The position numbers and the translations under genes are program-made. Of a stretch of 36,183 bases of DNA, positions 9,817 to 20,675 are shown piece by piece. The stretch lies in the sequence record SRR16203515_1105. One strand, written 5' to 3'. Every line of letters begins with the position of its first letter. Position 1 is the first letter of the stretch. The notes below the pieces were generated by a model. The model was not told where the DNA came from. It saw only the letters and a program-made list of their open reading frames with translations, and ran no database searches.

Positions 9817-11083
9817 AGCCCTTTTTTCTCGCGCCCAACAAACTATTCCTGGTGGGGTAAATTCTCCTGTCCGTGCTTTTAAAGCGGTAGGCGGCACCCC
9901 AAGGTTTATTACCAAAGCCGATGGCCCTTACATTTGGGATGCCGACGGCAAACAGTATATCGATTACGTGCAATCGTGGGGTCCCATGGTACTGGGTCAC
10001 AACAACGATGAAATTCGTCAAGCGGTGATTGATGCCTCGTATAACGGCTTATCGTTCGGTGCGCCTACCGAGGCCGAAATCATTATGGCGGAAACCGTGA
10101 GCAAACTGGTGCCGTCGATGGAAATGGTACGCATGGTAAACTCGGGCACAGAAGCCACCATGTCAGCCATCCGTCTATCGAGAGGCTATACCGGGCGCAA
10201 TAAAATTGTGAAGTTTGAAGGCTGTTACCATGGTCACGCCGATTCGCTGTTGGTGAAAGCCGGCTCGGGAGCGCTGACCCTTGGTGTTCCTAGTTCACCC
10301 GGCGTACCTGACAACGTGGCTGAGCATACGCTTACTGTCGAGTTTAACAACATCGACAGTGTTAAAGCTGTTTTTGAAGCCCATGGGGACGATATAGCCT
10401 GTATTATTGTCGAACCCGTTGCCGGTAATATGAACTGCATTCCTCCGGTAGAAGGCTTTTTAGAAGGGTTACGTGAGGTTTGTGATAGTTACGGCAGCCT
10501 GCTTATTTTTGATGAAGTGATGACAGGCTTTCGCGTGTCCCGCGGTGGTGCACAAGAGCGTTATGGTATTACCCCAGACCTAACCTGTTTAGGTAAGGTA
10601 ATTGGCGGCGGTATGCCGGTAGGCTGCTTCGGTGGTAAACGAGACATCCTTACTCACATCGCGCCTACTGGGCCGGTATATCAAGCCGGTACGCTATCGG
10701 GTAACCCTGTCGCTATGGCGGCGGGCCTTGCGGCGATGGAAGGTATTCAGCAAGAAGGCCTTTACGAGGGCATCTTTGAAAATACCCAAAACCTGGTGGA
10801 TGGCATGCAAGCCCTTGCGGATAAGCACGGTATTGCACTGACCACTAACGTAGCGGGCAGCATGTTTGGTTTATTTTTTACCGACGTTAAGCATGTGACT
10901 AACTACCGCCAAGCGATTAACTGTAATACCGAGCAGTTTAAAAAGTTTTATCATGGCATGCTTGAGCAAGGCGTGTATCTGGCCCCTGCCTCTTATGAAG
11001 CAGGCTTTGTGTCAAAGGCCCATGACAAAGACATTATTGCTAAGACACTGGCCGCGGCAGATAAAGTGTTCGCCAGCCTGTAG
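9803..11083 (+). CDS. hemL: Glutamate-1-semialdehyde 2,1-aminomutase
   Basis: [32 protein letters not shown] and [12 protein letters not shown] (PLP lysine). Confidence 0.97.
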   Translation: MQKSEALFSRAQQTIPGGVNSPVRAFKAVGGTPRFITKADGPYIWDADGKQYIDYVQSWGPMVLGHNNDEIRQAVIDASYNGLSFGAPTEAEIIMAETVSKLVPSMEMVRMVNSGTEATMSAIRLSRGYTGRNKIVKFEGCYHGHADSLLVKAGSGALTLGVPSSPGVPDNVAEHTLTVEFNNIDSVKAVFEAHGDDIACIIVEPVAGNMNCIPPVEGFLEGLREVCDSYGSLLIFDEVMTGFRVSRGGAQERYGITPDLTCLGKVIGGGMPVGCFGGKRDILTHIAPTGPVYQAGTLSGNPVAMAAGLAAMEGIQQEGLYEGIFENTQNLVDGMQALADKHGIALTTNVAGSMFGLFFTDVKHVTNYRQAINCNTEQFKKFYHGMLEQGVYLAPASYEAGFVSKAHDKDIIAKTLAAADKVFASL

Positions 11084-11096
11084 TCCCGTCTCTATC

Positions 11097-11132
11097 AGGC
11101 CGTGTAATGCTTAGCGCAACACGGCCTTTTTT
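11097..11132 (+). terminator. Rho-independent terminator of pyrB-hemL
   Basis: AGGCCGTGT...ACACGGCCT stem followed by a T run. Confidence 0.8.
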
Positions 11133-11157
11133 GATGGTATCTTCGTGGATAGCGAGT

Positions 11158-12090
11158 CTAGCTAGATGAAGATGCTAACTTTGCTTTTTCTCGTATGAAA
11201 TTAACCGAAGGGGCGAAGAACGCCGCGCCGGTTTCGGCACTGGTAAAGTCTAACCACCTATCGTAATCACCTTCCCCATTGCCGTATATTTGACTGTGCA
11301 ACATGCTCTTAAATGGCGTGGCACTGGCGGAACAGGATACGAAAAATAAACCTTGCGACACCATATCACCATAAGGCATACCTTGTTTAACCAAGCTAGG
11401 CTCGCCGCTATCTGTGGTGGCGATGCTGGCACGGACACAATGAGAAGAGGGATTTTGCTCGGCGCTGGCAAGGTTGTGTTCTTGGGTGGTCCCCATTACT
11501 TGCTCTTTCTGGCGCGACGAGAGTGCATCCCAGCGTCTGAGATCGTGGCGATAACGCTGCACATGTAAATAACTTCCACCGCTAAAGTCAGGATCATCTT
11601 CACCGATAATCGCCACCTTCCTGCGCTTCATGCCCCGTGGGTTGTCGGTGGCATACAGATAGCCATTGAGATCGCGGCCGTCAAGATAGCGAAAGCCTCT
11701 TATCTGCTCAACTAACTCTACATGCAAACGCAATAAATCCATTACCTCAATACCAATAGCATGGCAGATATCCAACCGATCAGCCCTAATTTGAATAAAC
11801 AAATCACAGGGCATGGTAGGTGCACTTCTATCTTCACATTGCATATCGGGAAAGGGCTTCAACTCGATGGGGATAAGCCCTGGGTATACTTCCGCCCAAT
11901 AACCCGTGCCAATAGCGACCACGCCGGTCACCATGGCTTCATAATGTTCATTTTCAAAGTGTTCGAAAATATCCAATACTCGGGCGAGTTTTGCCCGCAC
12001 TGCCTCACTGTCTTCATCGACAACATTGAGCAGTAAATATTGTGCATGCAAATTAGGCTCTGCACAGATGCCTTTTTGTGGTTGGGTCAT
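11158..12090 (-). CDS. Dyp-type peroxidase family protein (YfeX-like) with atypical active site
   Basis: DLFIQIRADR, GFRYLDGRDL, GGSYLHVQRYRH, SH (proximal His), MPYG, GLFF and TGAAFFAPS motifs. Confidence 0.88.
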   Translation of the reverse strand: MTQPQKGICAEPNLHAQYLLLNVVDEDSEAVRAKLARVLDIFEHFENEHYEAMVTGVVAIGTGYWAEVYPGLIPIELKPFPDMQCEDRSAPTMPCDLFIQIRADRLDICHAIGIEVMDLLRLHVELVEQIRGFRYLDGRDLNGYLYATDNPRGMKRRKVAIIGEDDPDFSGGSYLHVQRYRHDLRRWDALSSRQKEQVMGTTQEHNLASAEQNPSSHCVRASIATTDSGEPSLVKQGMPYGDMVSQGLFFVSCSASATPFKSMLHSQIYGNGEGDYDRWLDFTSAETGAAFFAPSVNFIREKAKLASSSS

Positions 12091-12142
12091 AGGCGTACTT
12101 ATTGTTTTATTTCACCTTGTCGACGTGTTTAACGAGTGTCTA

Positions 12143-13837
12143 TTAATAACCGGCTGCTTGTCCATCTTTTCGGCTTTCAGAGGCACCAATATATACTTTT
12201 TTCTTATCATCCCAGGCGATAGCTTGATAGCCACCAAATGCGCCAACCACCCGCTGCAACCTATGGCCGCGATTCATCAACTCACGTTGAACCTGTTCGG
12301 AAAAGCCAGATTCTAAGCTGACATAGCCACCGTCAGTCATAAGCGCCCCAGTTGGGCTGCTAGAGCCACTGTGTAAGATACGTGGTGCATCCCCCGCCTC
12401 CTGCAAATTCATACCAAAATCGAGTAGATTAACAATAATTTGCGCATGCATTTGCGGCTGCGTACCGCCCCCCATAACACCGAAGCTCAGCACAGGTTTG
12501 CCGTTGCGGGTAACAAAGGCGGGAATAATAGTATGGAAGGGGCGCTTTCCTGGTCTGTATTCATTAAAATGTCCCTTCTCAAGGGTAAATAGCTCACCTC
12601 TATTCTGTAGCACAAACCCAAGCCCCGGCGGTGTCATACCCGAGCCCATACCGCGGTAGTTACTCTGGATAAGCGACACCATATTACCGTCGCTGTCGGC
12701 CACCGTTAAATACACAGTGTCACCGTCATAGATGCCTGCATCCACGCGCTGAGCGGCTTTTTGTGCATCAATTAACTGTTGTCGCTGAGCAGCATAGGAT
12801 TTAGAAATTAACCACTCTAGCGGAATATCATTGAAAGCCGGATCGGCATAAAACTTAGCTCTGTCTGCAAACGCCAGCTTTTTCGCTTCCACAAAGGTAT
12901 GAATATAGTCGGCTGAATTAAACCCCATGCCTTCAATATCGTAGCGCTCAAGTATATTAAGAATTTGTAGCGCGGCGATCCCTTGTCCGTTAGGCGGAAG
13001 CTCCCACACATCATAACCACGGTAGTTCGCTGATACAGGCTCTACCCATTCGGAAGTATGAGAGGCAAGATCCTGATACGAAAGATAGCCCCCTTGATCT
13101 TTCATATAAGCATCGATAATACGAGCAATATCACCTTTGTAAAATGCGTCTCGTCCCCCTGTGGCTATTTTTTCATAGGTCGCAGCCAACCCAGGGTTTT
13201 TAAATACATCGCCTTTTTGCGGTAGTTTGCCATTAATTAAAAAGGTTTCTGCGAAACCGTCATAATGGCCGATACGGTCATGATTAACCTGCCAATAATA
13301 AGCAATCAGTTCTGATACGGGAAAGCCGTTACGGGCGTATTTAATGGCCGGAGTTAGCAAGGTTGCCATGGGCAGCTTGCCAAACTTGTTATGTAACTCA
13401 AACCAGCCATCTACGGCTCCGGGCACGGACACTGGCAGAGGCCCAAACTTAGGAATATTATTCAGCCCTTTTTCGGCAAAGACCTCAGCGGTAAGTTGTC
13501 GCGGAGAGCGGCCCGATGCATTAAGCCCCACTAGCTTCTGTGATTCTGCATCCCATACCATGGCAAACAGGTCACCGCCAATGCCTGCCCCCGTGGGCTC
13601 GACAAGACCTAACATAGCATTGGCGGCAATGGCGGCATCTACCGCGCTACCACCTTGCTTTAATATATCCAGGGCAACTTGGGTAGCTAATGGCTGACTG
13701 GTGGCCGCCATGCCATTTTGTGCGATAACCTCAGAACGACTCGCAAAGGGCTTACCTGTGACTCTGTCATAGGCCTTTACGGGCTGATAAGCGATGCAAA
13801 ATAACACCACCATAGTTACTACTATTCGCAACAACAT
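12143..13837 (-). CDS. ggt: Gamma-glutamyltransferase family protein (periplasmic)
   Basis: Signal peptide; GGSAVDAAIA, GIGGDLF, PPNGQG, autocleavage site GD|TVYL, PGKRPFHTIIP and GVMGG. Confidence 0.9.
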   Translation of the reverse strand: MLLRIVVTMVVLFCIAYQPVKAYDRVTGKPFASRSEVIAQNGMAATSQPLATQVALDILKQGGSAVDAAIAANAMLGLVEPTGAGIGGDLFAMVWDAESQKLVGLNASGRSPRQLTAEVFAEKGLNNIPKFGPLPVSVPGAVDGWFELHNKFGKLPMATLLTPAIKYARNGFPVSELIAYYWQVNHDRIGHYDGFAETFLINGKLPQKGDVFKNPGLAATYEKIATGGRDAFYKGDIARIIDAYMKDQGGYLSYQDLASHTSEWVEPVSANYRGYDVWELPPNGQGIAALQILNILERYDIEGMGFNSADYIHTFVEAKKLAFADRAKFYADPAFNDIPLEWLISKSYAAQRQQLIDAQKAAQRVDAGIYDGDTVYLTVADSDGNMVSLIQSNYRGMGSGMTPPGLGFVLQNRGELFTLEKGHFNEYRPGKRPFHTIIPAFVTRNGKPVLSFGVMGGGTQPQMHAQIIVNLLDFGMNLQEAGDAPRILHSGSSSPTGALMTDGGYVSLESGFSEQVQRELMNRGHRLQRVVGAFGGYQAIAWDDKKKVYIGASESRKDGQAAGY

Positions 13838-13948
13838 GCTTTATTCCTATCGTCAATTCATGTCTTCGCAGCGTGAGCATCACCATGCTATCGCTTACGT
13901 TCTTACACTGCCCCTAGTGTAGCCTTATTTTTACTTTTATGAAAAACG

Positions 13949-13974
13949 AAAAAAGCCCTGCAAATGCAGGGCTT
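13949..13974 (-). terminator. Rho-independent terminator of glnK-amtB
   Basis: Minus strand AAGCCCTGCA-TT-TGCAGGGCTT continuing into a U tract. Confidence 0.85.
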
Positions 13975-14029
13975 AACAGTGGGGATTAAGGCATTATTAT
14001 TGTTGTTTTGTATTGCCTATCTGACTTTC

Positions 14030-15268
14030 TTACGAACGACCCGCAGTGAAGTCTGGGTAAGCTTCTAAACCACACTCACTCATATCAACGCCGTCGAATT
14101 CTTCTTCTTCGCTTACTCGTACGCCCATTACAGCTTTAATTGCTAGCCATACGATTAGGCTGGTTACAAATACCCAGACAAAGATAGTTAGGGCACCCAC
14201 AAGCTGACCTACCAAGCTTGAACCATCGTTAGTGAAAGGCACTAGGATAAGACCAAGCAGACCAACCACACCGTGTACTGAGATGGCACCTACTGGATCA
14301 TCAATCTTAAGCTTATCAAGGGTAACGATACTCAATACCACTAAGATACCGCCTAAACCACCAAATAAGGTTGCTTGCAACGCCGTGGGGGTTGAAGGCT
14401 CGGCAGTGATAGCAACCAAACCAGCTAACGCACCGTTAAGCACCATAGTCAGGTCAGCCTTGCCAAACAAGATACGTGCAACGATAAGCGCGGCAATCGC
14501 ACCACCAGCGGCAGCGGCATTGGTGTTCATAAATACCACGGCAACTGAGTTTGCACTCTCTACCGTAGAGGTTGCCAATACTGAGCCACCGTTAAAGCCG
14601 AACCAGCCCATCCATAGAATGAAGGTACCTAAGGTTGCCAAAGGTAAGTTAGCACCTGGAATCGCGTTTACTTTACCATCGGCCGTGTACTTACCTTTAC
14701 GTGCACCAAGAACCAGTACGCCTGCTAGCGCCGCTGCTGCACCGGCCATATGCACGATACCAGAACCTGCGAAGTCAGAGAAACCAAGGTCACCAAGCAC
14801 ATACATACCGAATACGGCATCGCCATTCCATGTCCATGCACCTTCCATAGGATAGATAAAGCCAGTCATGACTACGGCAAAAGCAAGGAACGCCCATAGC
14901 TTCATACGTTCAGCTACTGCGCCAGATACGATAGACATTGCTGTAGCAACGAATACTACCTGGAAGAAAAAGTCTGCAGAAGGGGCGTAAGTTGCTGGGT
15001 CTTCTGCAATACCCGTAGCGCCGTCGCCGACAATACCGTCTAAGAAGATACCGCCGCCATACATGATGTCGTAGCCGCAGATCATGTACATGGTACAAGC
15101 AATAGCAAATAGGGTAACGTTTTTAGTCAGTATTTCGGTGGTGTTTTTCGCTCGAACAAGACCTGCTTCAAGCATGGCGAAACCTGCCGCCATCCACATA
15201 ACTAGTGCACCGCAGATCAAGAAATAAAAGGTATCTAGCGCATACCCAAGTTCAAAAGTGATTTCCAT
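14030..15268 (-). CDS. amtB: Ammonium transporter (Amt)
   Basis: GFAMLEAG, IVSGAVAER, DFAGSGIVH, WFGFNGGS and DDPVGAISVH (twin His). Directly downstream of the PII gene. Confidence 0.95.
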   Translation of the reverse strand: MEITFELGYALDTFYFLICGALVMWMAAGFAMLEAGLVRAKNTTEILTKNVTLFAIACTMYMICGYDIMYGGGIFLDGIVGDGATGIAEDPATYAPSADFFFQVVFVATAMSIVSGAVAERMKLWAFLAFAVVMTGFIYPMEGAWTWNGDAVFGMYVLGDLGFSDFAGSGIVHMAGAAAALAGVLVLGARKGKYTADGKVNAIPGANLPLATLGTFILWMGWFGFNGGSVLATSTVESANSVAVVFMNTNAAAAGGAIAALIVARILFGKADLTMVLNGALAGLVAITAEPSTPTALQATLFGGLGGILVVLSIVTLDKLKIDDPVGAISVHGVVGLLGLILVPFTNDGSSLVGQLVGALTIFVWVFVTSLIVWLAIKAVMGVRVSEEEEFDGVDMSECGLEAYPDFTAGRS

Positions 15269-15300
15269 TATGGTTTTCTCCGCAAAAATATCGTAGTGGC

Positions 15301-16706
<1,406 letters not shown>

Positions 16707-16753
16707 ATGCACACTTACCTTTAAGACCATTTTAATAGCGAGCTTTTTGTAAC

Positions 16754-17608
16754 TTATAGCGCCCCCCAAACAGCAGGTAAGGCGTTAGTAATGAGGGCCC
16801 CCGATACGATAAGCCCTAGGGCTACCGTCACCTCACTGGACAACTGACTTAATCCACACCAGTAGAGAGCTAAGCTTGAGATCACCGGTGTGGCAAAACT
16901 TAAACTTGCCAATAGCGGCTTGTTGCCGAACTTGAGTCCTGCGTCCCACAAATAGAAGGCACCGCCCACAGGACCCAACCCCAGCAATATAGCGCTAAGC
17001 CATGCTTGCCAGGTAAATTGCCATTGAGGCACTTCTAACCCTATATGGGCCATTAAGGCTAACATGGCTACCACGGCTGAAATCCAGCCAATATCTTCTA
17101 CCTGGCTTTTGGTTTGCGACATAAACCAAGAATAGCCTGTCCAAATAAAGGCGCAGGATAGGGCAAACGCATACCCAAGTGTATATTCACTATTAAAGGC
17201 CACCCCTTTACCGCCTGTAACTAACACCCCGCATCCGATGAACCCTACTATGCCACCTAACACCGCAAAATGCCGTTGCCAACGAGTGGCTACCGCTACC
17301 CCCAGCATTAAGGGCCACAAGTACGCAATTAAACTGGCTTCTATCGGTGGTGCAAACCGAACCGCCATAAAATAACAAAAGTGAAACCCAAACAACCCGC
17401 CAGTGGCGAAGAGCCATTGCTGTATTGTTAGATTCGGTAAGCGCAGCACTTTTTCCCGCTTAACAACACGTTTAATGATGACAATCGCACTTGATACGGC
17501 GAAGCATATGAAGAGTAATTGGAAAGGCGGGAACGAGGCTGAATAGACGCTCAGCACCGCCAGCAACCCCCACATTAATATTGCCGCAATGCCACTCGCT
17601 GTTGCCAT
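16754..17608 (-). CDS. DMT/EamA family transporter
   Basis: About 10 TM in two EamA repeats (ILMWG, APPIEASLIAYLWP, AFYLWDAG, LSFATP). ATG 17608 with GGAGG SD. Confidence 0.88.
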   Translation of the reverse strand: MATASGIAAILMWGLLAVLSVYSASFPPFQLLFICFAVSSAIVIIKRVVKREKVLRLPNLTIQQWLFATGGLFGFHFCYFMAVRFAPPIEASLIAYLWPLMLGVAVATRWQRHFAVLGGIVGFIGCGVLVTGGKGVAFNSEYTLGYAFALSCAFIWTGYSWFMSQTKSQVEDIGWISAVVAMLALMAHIGLEVPQWQFTWQAWLSAILLGLGPVGGAFYLWDAGLKFGNKPLLASLSFATPVISSLALYWCGLSQLSSEVTVALGLIVSGALITNALPAVWGAL

Positions 17609-17681
17609 CCATGCCTCCCAAAATGCTACTTTTAAATTCAACTAGAAGGCATTTACCTTAGGCCATTGCTAACACAAATTC

Positions 17682-17717
17682 TTTGCAGGTTAGCCGAAAG
17701 TATTTGTTGTTTAGACG
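17682..17717 (-). promoter_or_regulatory. Putative AraC/XylS-type direct-repeat operator for the DMT gene
   Basis: TTTGCAGGTTAGCCG (17682-17696) and TTTGTTGTTTAGACG (17703-17717): 11/15 identical, 21-bp periodicity. Confidence 0.5.
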
Positions 17718-17720
17718 TTA

Positions 17721-18437
17721 TTACCCATTTTTGCGATGGTAAAATTTTGGCGTTTTTTTGAAATAGTGAGTAAACCGGCGTGTAAAGGATGAAACATCGT
17801 CGTAGCCTACCTGCGCGGCCACTTCAATGATGGGTGTATCGGTTTGGCTTAATAGTGCTCTCGCCTTTTCCATTCGTAGCTTTATGAGATAGCTTCTGAG
17901 CCCCATGCCCGTTGCATCGGTGAACTTTTGTTTAAATTGTGTCACTCCCATACAGGCACTTTTTGCTAAGTCATTGATGGTATGTGTAATGGCGATATTT
18001 TGATGTATGCGGCTCAATACGGGGGTAATGCGCCGGTCGAACTGCTTGATCCTAGGTTGCTCTGCTAACAATTGGGTGAATAAGGCTACCATTGAAGCTT
18101 GCAATTCATTGCTGTAACTATGGGTTAACTGAACTTCAAGATAACTTAGCAAAGACTGCATAGGTGGGGTAATACGAAACACGGGACTTGTTGCAGTGGA
18201 GAGATTCTCAGGTACCTCGGCTAAGTCTGCAACGACAAAGCGAGCCGCTTGTTCTGCGTTAAAATAATGCTGCCTATTTGGCGCAATACAAATACCTTCG
18301 CCTACCCCCACGTTGCCACTAAAATCTACCACCTGAATGGCAATATGCCCATTTAAGGGAAGCACCAATTGGTAAAAGTTGTGGGAATGTTGTTGCATGG
18401 TTTTTGTGTATGACCGAACAGATAGTGCAGCTAACAT
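17721..18437 (-). CDS. AraC family transcriptional regulator
   Basis: N-terminal cupin (HSHNFYQLVLP) and C-terminal double HTH (IIEVAAQVGYDDVSSFTRRF). Confidence 0.92.
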   Translation of the reverse strand: MLAALSVRSYTKTMQQHSHNFYQLVLPLNGHIAIQVVDFSGNVGVGEGICIAPNRQHYFNAEQAARFVVADLAEVPENLSTATSPVFRITPPMQSLLSYLEVQLTHSYSNELQASMVALFTQLLAEQPRIKQFDRRITPVLSRIHQNIAITHTINDLAKSACMGVTQFKQKFTDATGMGLRSYLIKLRMEKARALLSQTDTPIIEVAAQVGYDDVSSFTRRFTHYFKKTPKFYHRKNG

Positions 18438-18610
18438 GAGTATCCTTAGTTGTCACTGACATAACGGGAGAAGGCGATGAATCGATGTGCTAGTTACCTC
18501 TTGGTTAAGTCATCTTATACTACTTTTACTGGGTTAATATAACAGGTTACCGTTGCTAATTGAGGCAGTTGCAACGTATGCTGCATTTTTAGCTTTAAAA
18601 GGATAGATAG

Positions 18611-19531
18611 GTGGCAGCTGCAAATTTACTCGCATTACTTGATGATATCGCAACCTTGATGGACGACATTGCCGTCATGTCGAAAGTGGCAGCAAAAAAA
18701 ACCGCTGGCGTATTAGGTGATGATTTAGCGTTAAACGCGGATCAAGTGCAAGGGGTCAAAGCCGACAGAGAATTACCTGTGGTGTGGGCAGTGGCTAAGG
18801 GTTCGCTTTTAAATAAAGTCATCTTGGTACCCGCCGCCTTATTAATCAGTGCCTTTATTCCTGCGCTTATTACCATTTTACTGGTGTGTGGCGGCTTATA
18901 TTTGTGTTTCGAAGGCGCTGAAAAAGTCCTCCATAAATACTTCTCTCATGGCGATGAAAGCGACGAGCGGGAGGCGCGGTTAGCCGCAATAAGCAGTAGC
19001 GAAACCGATATGGTTGCTTTTGAAAAAGCGAAAATAAAAGGCGCTATTCGTACCGATTTTATTCTATCGGCAGAAATTATTGTGATTGCACTAGGCAGTG
19101 TGAGTACGGCAAGTTTTACCACCCAGGTGGGGGTACTGGTCGCATTGAGTATCGCTATTACCGTTGGTGTCTACGGACTCGTGGCGGGCATTGTTAAGAT
19201 GGATGACGTGGGCTTATACCTTCTGCGTAAGTCACTCACCGGCACTATGAACAGCACACAACGCTTTATCGGCAGAGCCTTATTAGTTTCCGCTCCTATC
19301 CTCATGAAAACACTCGCCATCGTCGGGACTATCGCCATGTTCTTAGTGGGCGGCGGTATCCTTACCCATAATATCGCGGCGGTGCATCATATTGCTGAGC
19401 TGTTTACCGTCTTGCTACCTCAGTTACCTTTGGTGATGTCCATTCTCGCTGACGGTATTATCGGTCTTATTGCAGGGTGCGTACTTGCGCTTATCTGGCA
19501 GCTAGTGGCCAAAATGAGAGGGACACACTAA
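18611..19531 (+). CDS. DUF808 (YedI-like) inner membrane protein
   Basis: LALLDDIATLMDD, KKTAGVLGDDLALNA, RELPVVWAVAKGS, GAIRTDFILSAEI and VGTIAMFLVGGGI. GTG start with AAGGA. Confidence 0.88.
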   Translation: MAAANLLALLDDIATLMDDIAVMSKVAAKKTAGVLGDDLALNADQVQGVKADRELPVVWAVAKGSLLNKVILVPAALLISAFIPALITILLVCGGLYLCFEGAEKVLHKYFSHGDESDEREARLAAISSSETDMVAFEKAKIKGAIRTDFILSAEIIVIALGSVSTASFTTQVGVLVALSIAITVGVYGLVAGIVKMDDVGLYLLRKSLTGTMNSTQRFIGRALLVSAPILMKTLAIVGTIAMFLVGGGILTHNIAAVHHIAELFTVLLPQLPLVMSILADGIIGLIAGCVLALIWQLVAKMRGTH

Positions 19532-19592
19532 CCACGCAGATTCATGGAGTCAGCGTATATTGGTTTGCCCAAAAGTACGCTGGCCCCATTCT

Positions 19593-20450
19593 TTAGTTAG
19601 CATCATCTGAATAGTTGATACGCGCTAATCTTTCTTGTTCTTCATCAGCCGCGGCTTGTATTTCATCCAGTATTGCGTCTACGTCGGCCGCTTCACTGTC
19701 ATCTTCAAATTCACCGGTAAGAATAGTGTTGGGGGTTAAGTTTGCTTCTTCAAACAGTGCCCACATTTCCTTCGCGTAGTTGGTATGCAATAACTCCGGG
19801 GCAAATTCGCTGTAATAGCGTCGAATGTTATTCACGTCGCGGGCAAACATTGCCTTTGCATTGTTATTGGCAGCAGCGTTCACTGCTTGAGGCAAATCGA
19901 TGATAACCGGCCCTTTGTCGTCAACAAGTACGTTGAATTCAGACAGATCACCGTGAATAATTCCCTCACAAAGCATCAGCATTATGTTGTGCATCATCAG
20001 TTTATGCTGTTTTATCGCCTCTTCTTTGCTAAAACTAACATGGCCTAACTGAGGGGCGACATCACCGTGTTCATCAGTCACCAACTCCATCAGTAACACA
20101 CCATCAACACAACAGTAAGTATCAGGTACACGTACACCTGCTGCACCTAAGCGAGAAAGGGCATCAACCTCTGCCGTTTGCCAAATTTCTTCTTCTATTT
20201 GGCGTCCGTAACTTGAACGTTTACCCATGGCTCTAGCCTGACGGCCGCCGCGTACTTTTCGGCCTTCTTGATACTGAGCGGCTTTTTTAAAGCTGCGTTT
20301 GACCGCATCTTTATACACCTTTGCACAACGAATATGCCCGTTACAGCGAACCACAAAAACATCGGCTTCTTTACCGCTCATTAAGCGGCTGAGTACTTCA
20401 TCAATTAAACCATCATCGACGAGTGGTTGTAGGCGTTTAGGTATCTTCAC
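19593..20450 (-). CDS. RIO1-like Ser/Thr protein kinase (PA4780 family)
   Basis: SGKEADVF, CAKVYK, IHGDLSEFNVL and IIDLPQ motifs; acidic C-terminal tail. Confidence 0.9.
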   Translation of the reverse strand: MKIPKRLQPLVDDGLIDEVLSRLMSGKEADVFVVRCNGHIRCAKVYKDAVKRSFKKAAQYQEGRKVRGGRQARAMGKRSSYGRQIEEEIWQTAEVDALSRLGAAGVRVPDTYCCVDGVLLMELVTDEHGDVAPQLGHVSFSKEEAIKQHKLMMHNIMLMLCEGIIHGDLSEFNVLVDDKGPVIIDLPQAVNAAANNNAKAMFARDVNNIRRYYSEFAPELLHTNYAKEMWALFEEANLTPNTILTGEFEDDSEAADVDAILDEIQAAADEEQERLARINYSDDAN

Positions 20451-20675
20451 TCATTGCCTGCTAACTGGGGTTGTATTGTCATCATTATTTGTAGAGGGAC
20501 TCTTTTTGGGGTTGAAGTTGGGTTTATTTAAATCGCTAACGCAGTATATCAGCCTAAAAAATTAAGCGCAGTGGTGCAAGGTTATTTATCACAGACTAAC
20601 CCCACTTAGGTCACTACCTTAGCAAAGCATATCAAGGTAAATAAGGGGTCGGAGCACTTTATTGTAGACACATTG

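Noticed and set aside
19551-19582. CAGCGTA...TACGCTG hairpin between DUF808 and the RIO kinase
   Set aside because: Interrupted stem with no U tract; too weak to call a terminator.
20447-20485. 12-codon uORF MMTIQPQLAGNE whose stop overlaps the RIO kinase GTG
   Set aside because: No SD, and short enough to arise by chance.
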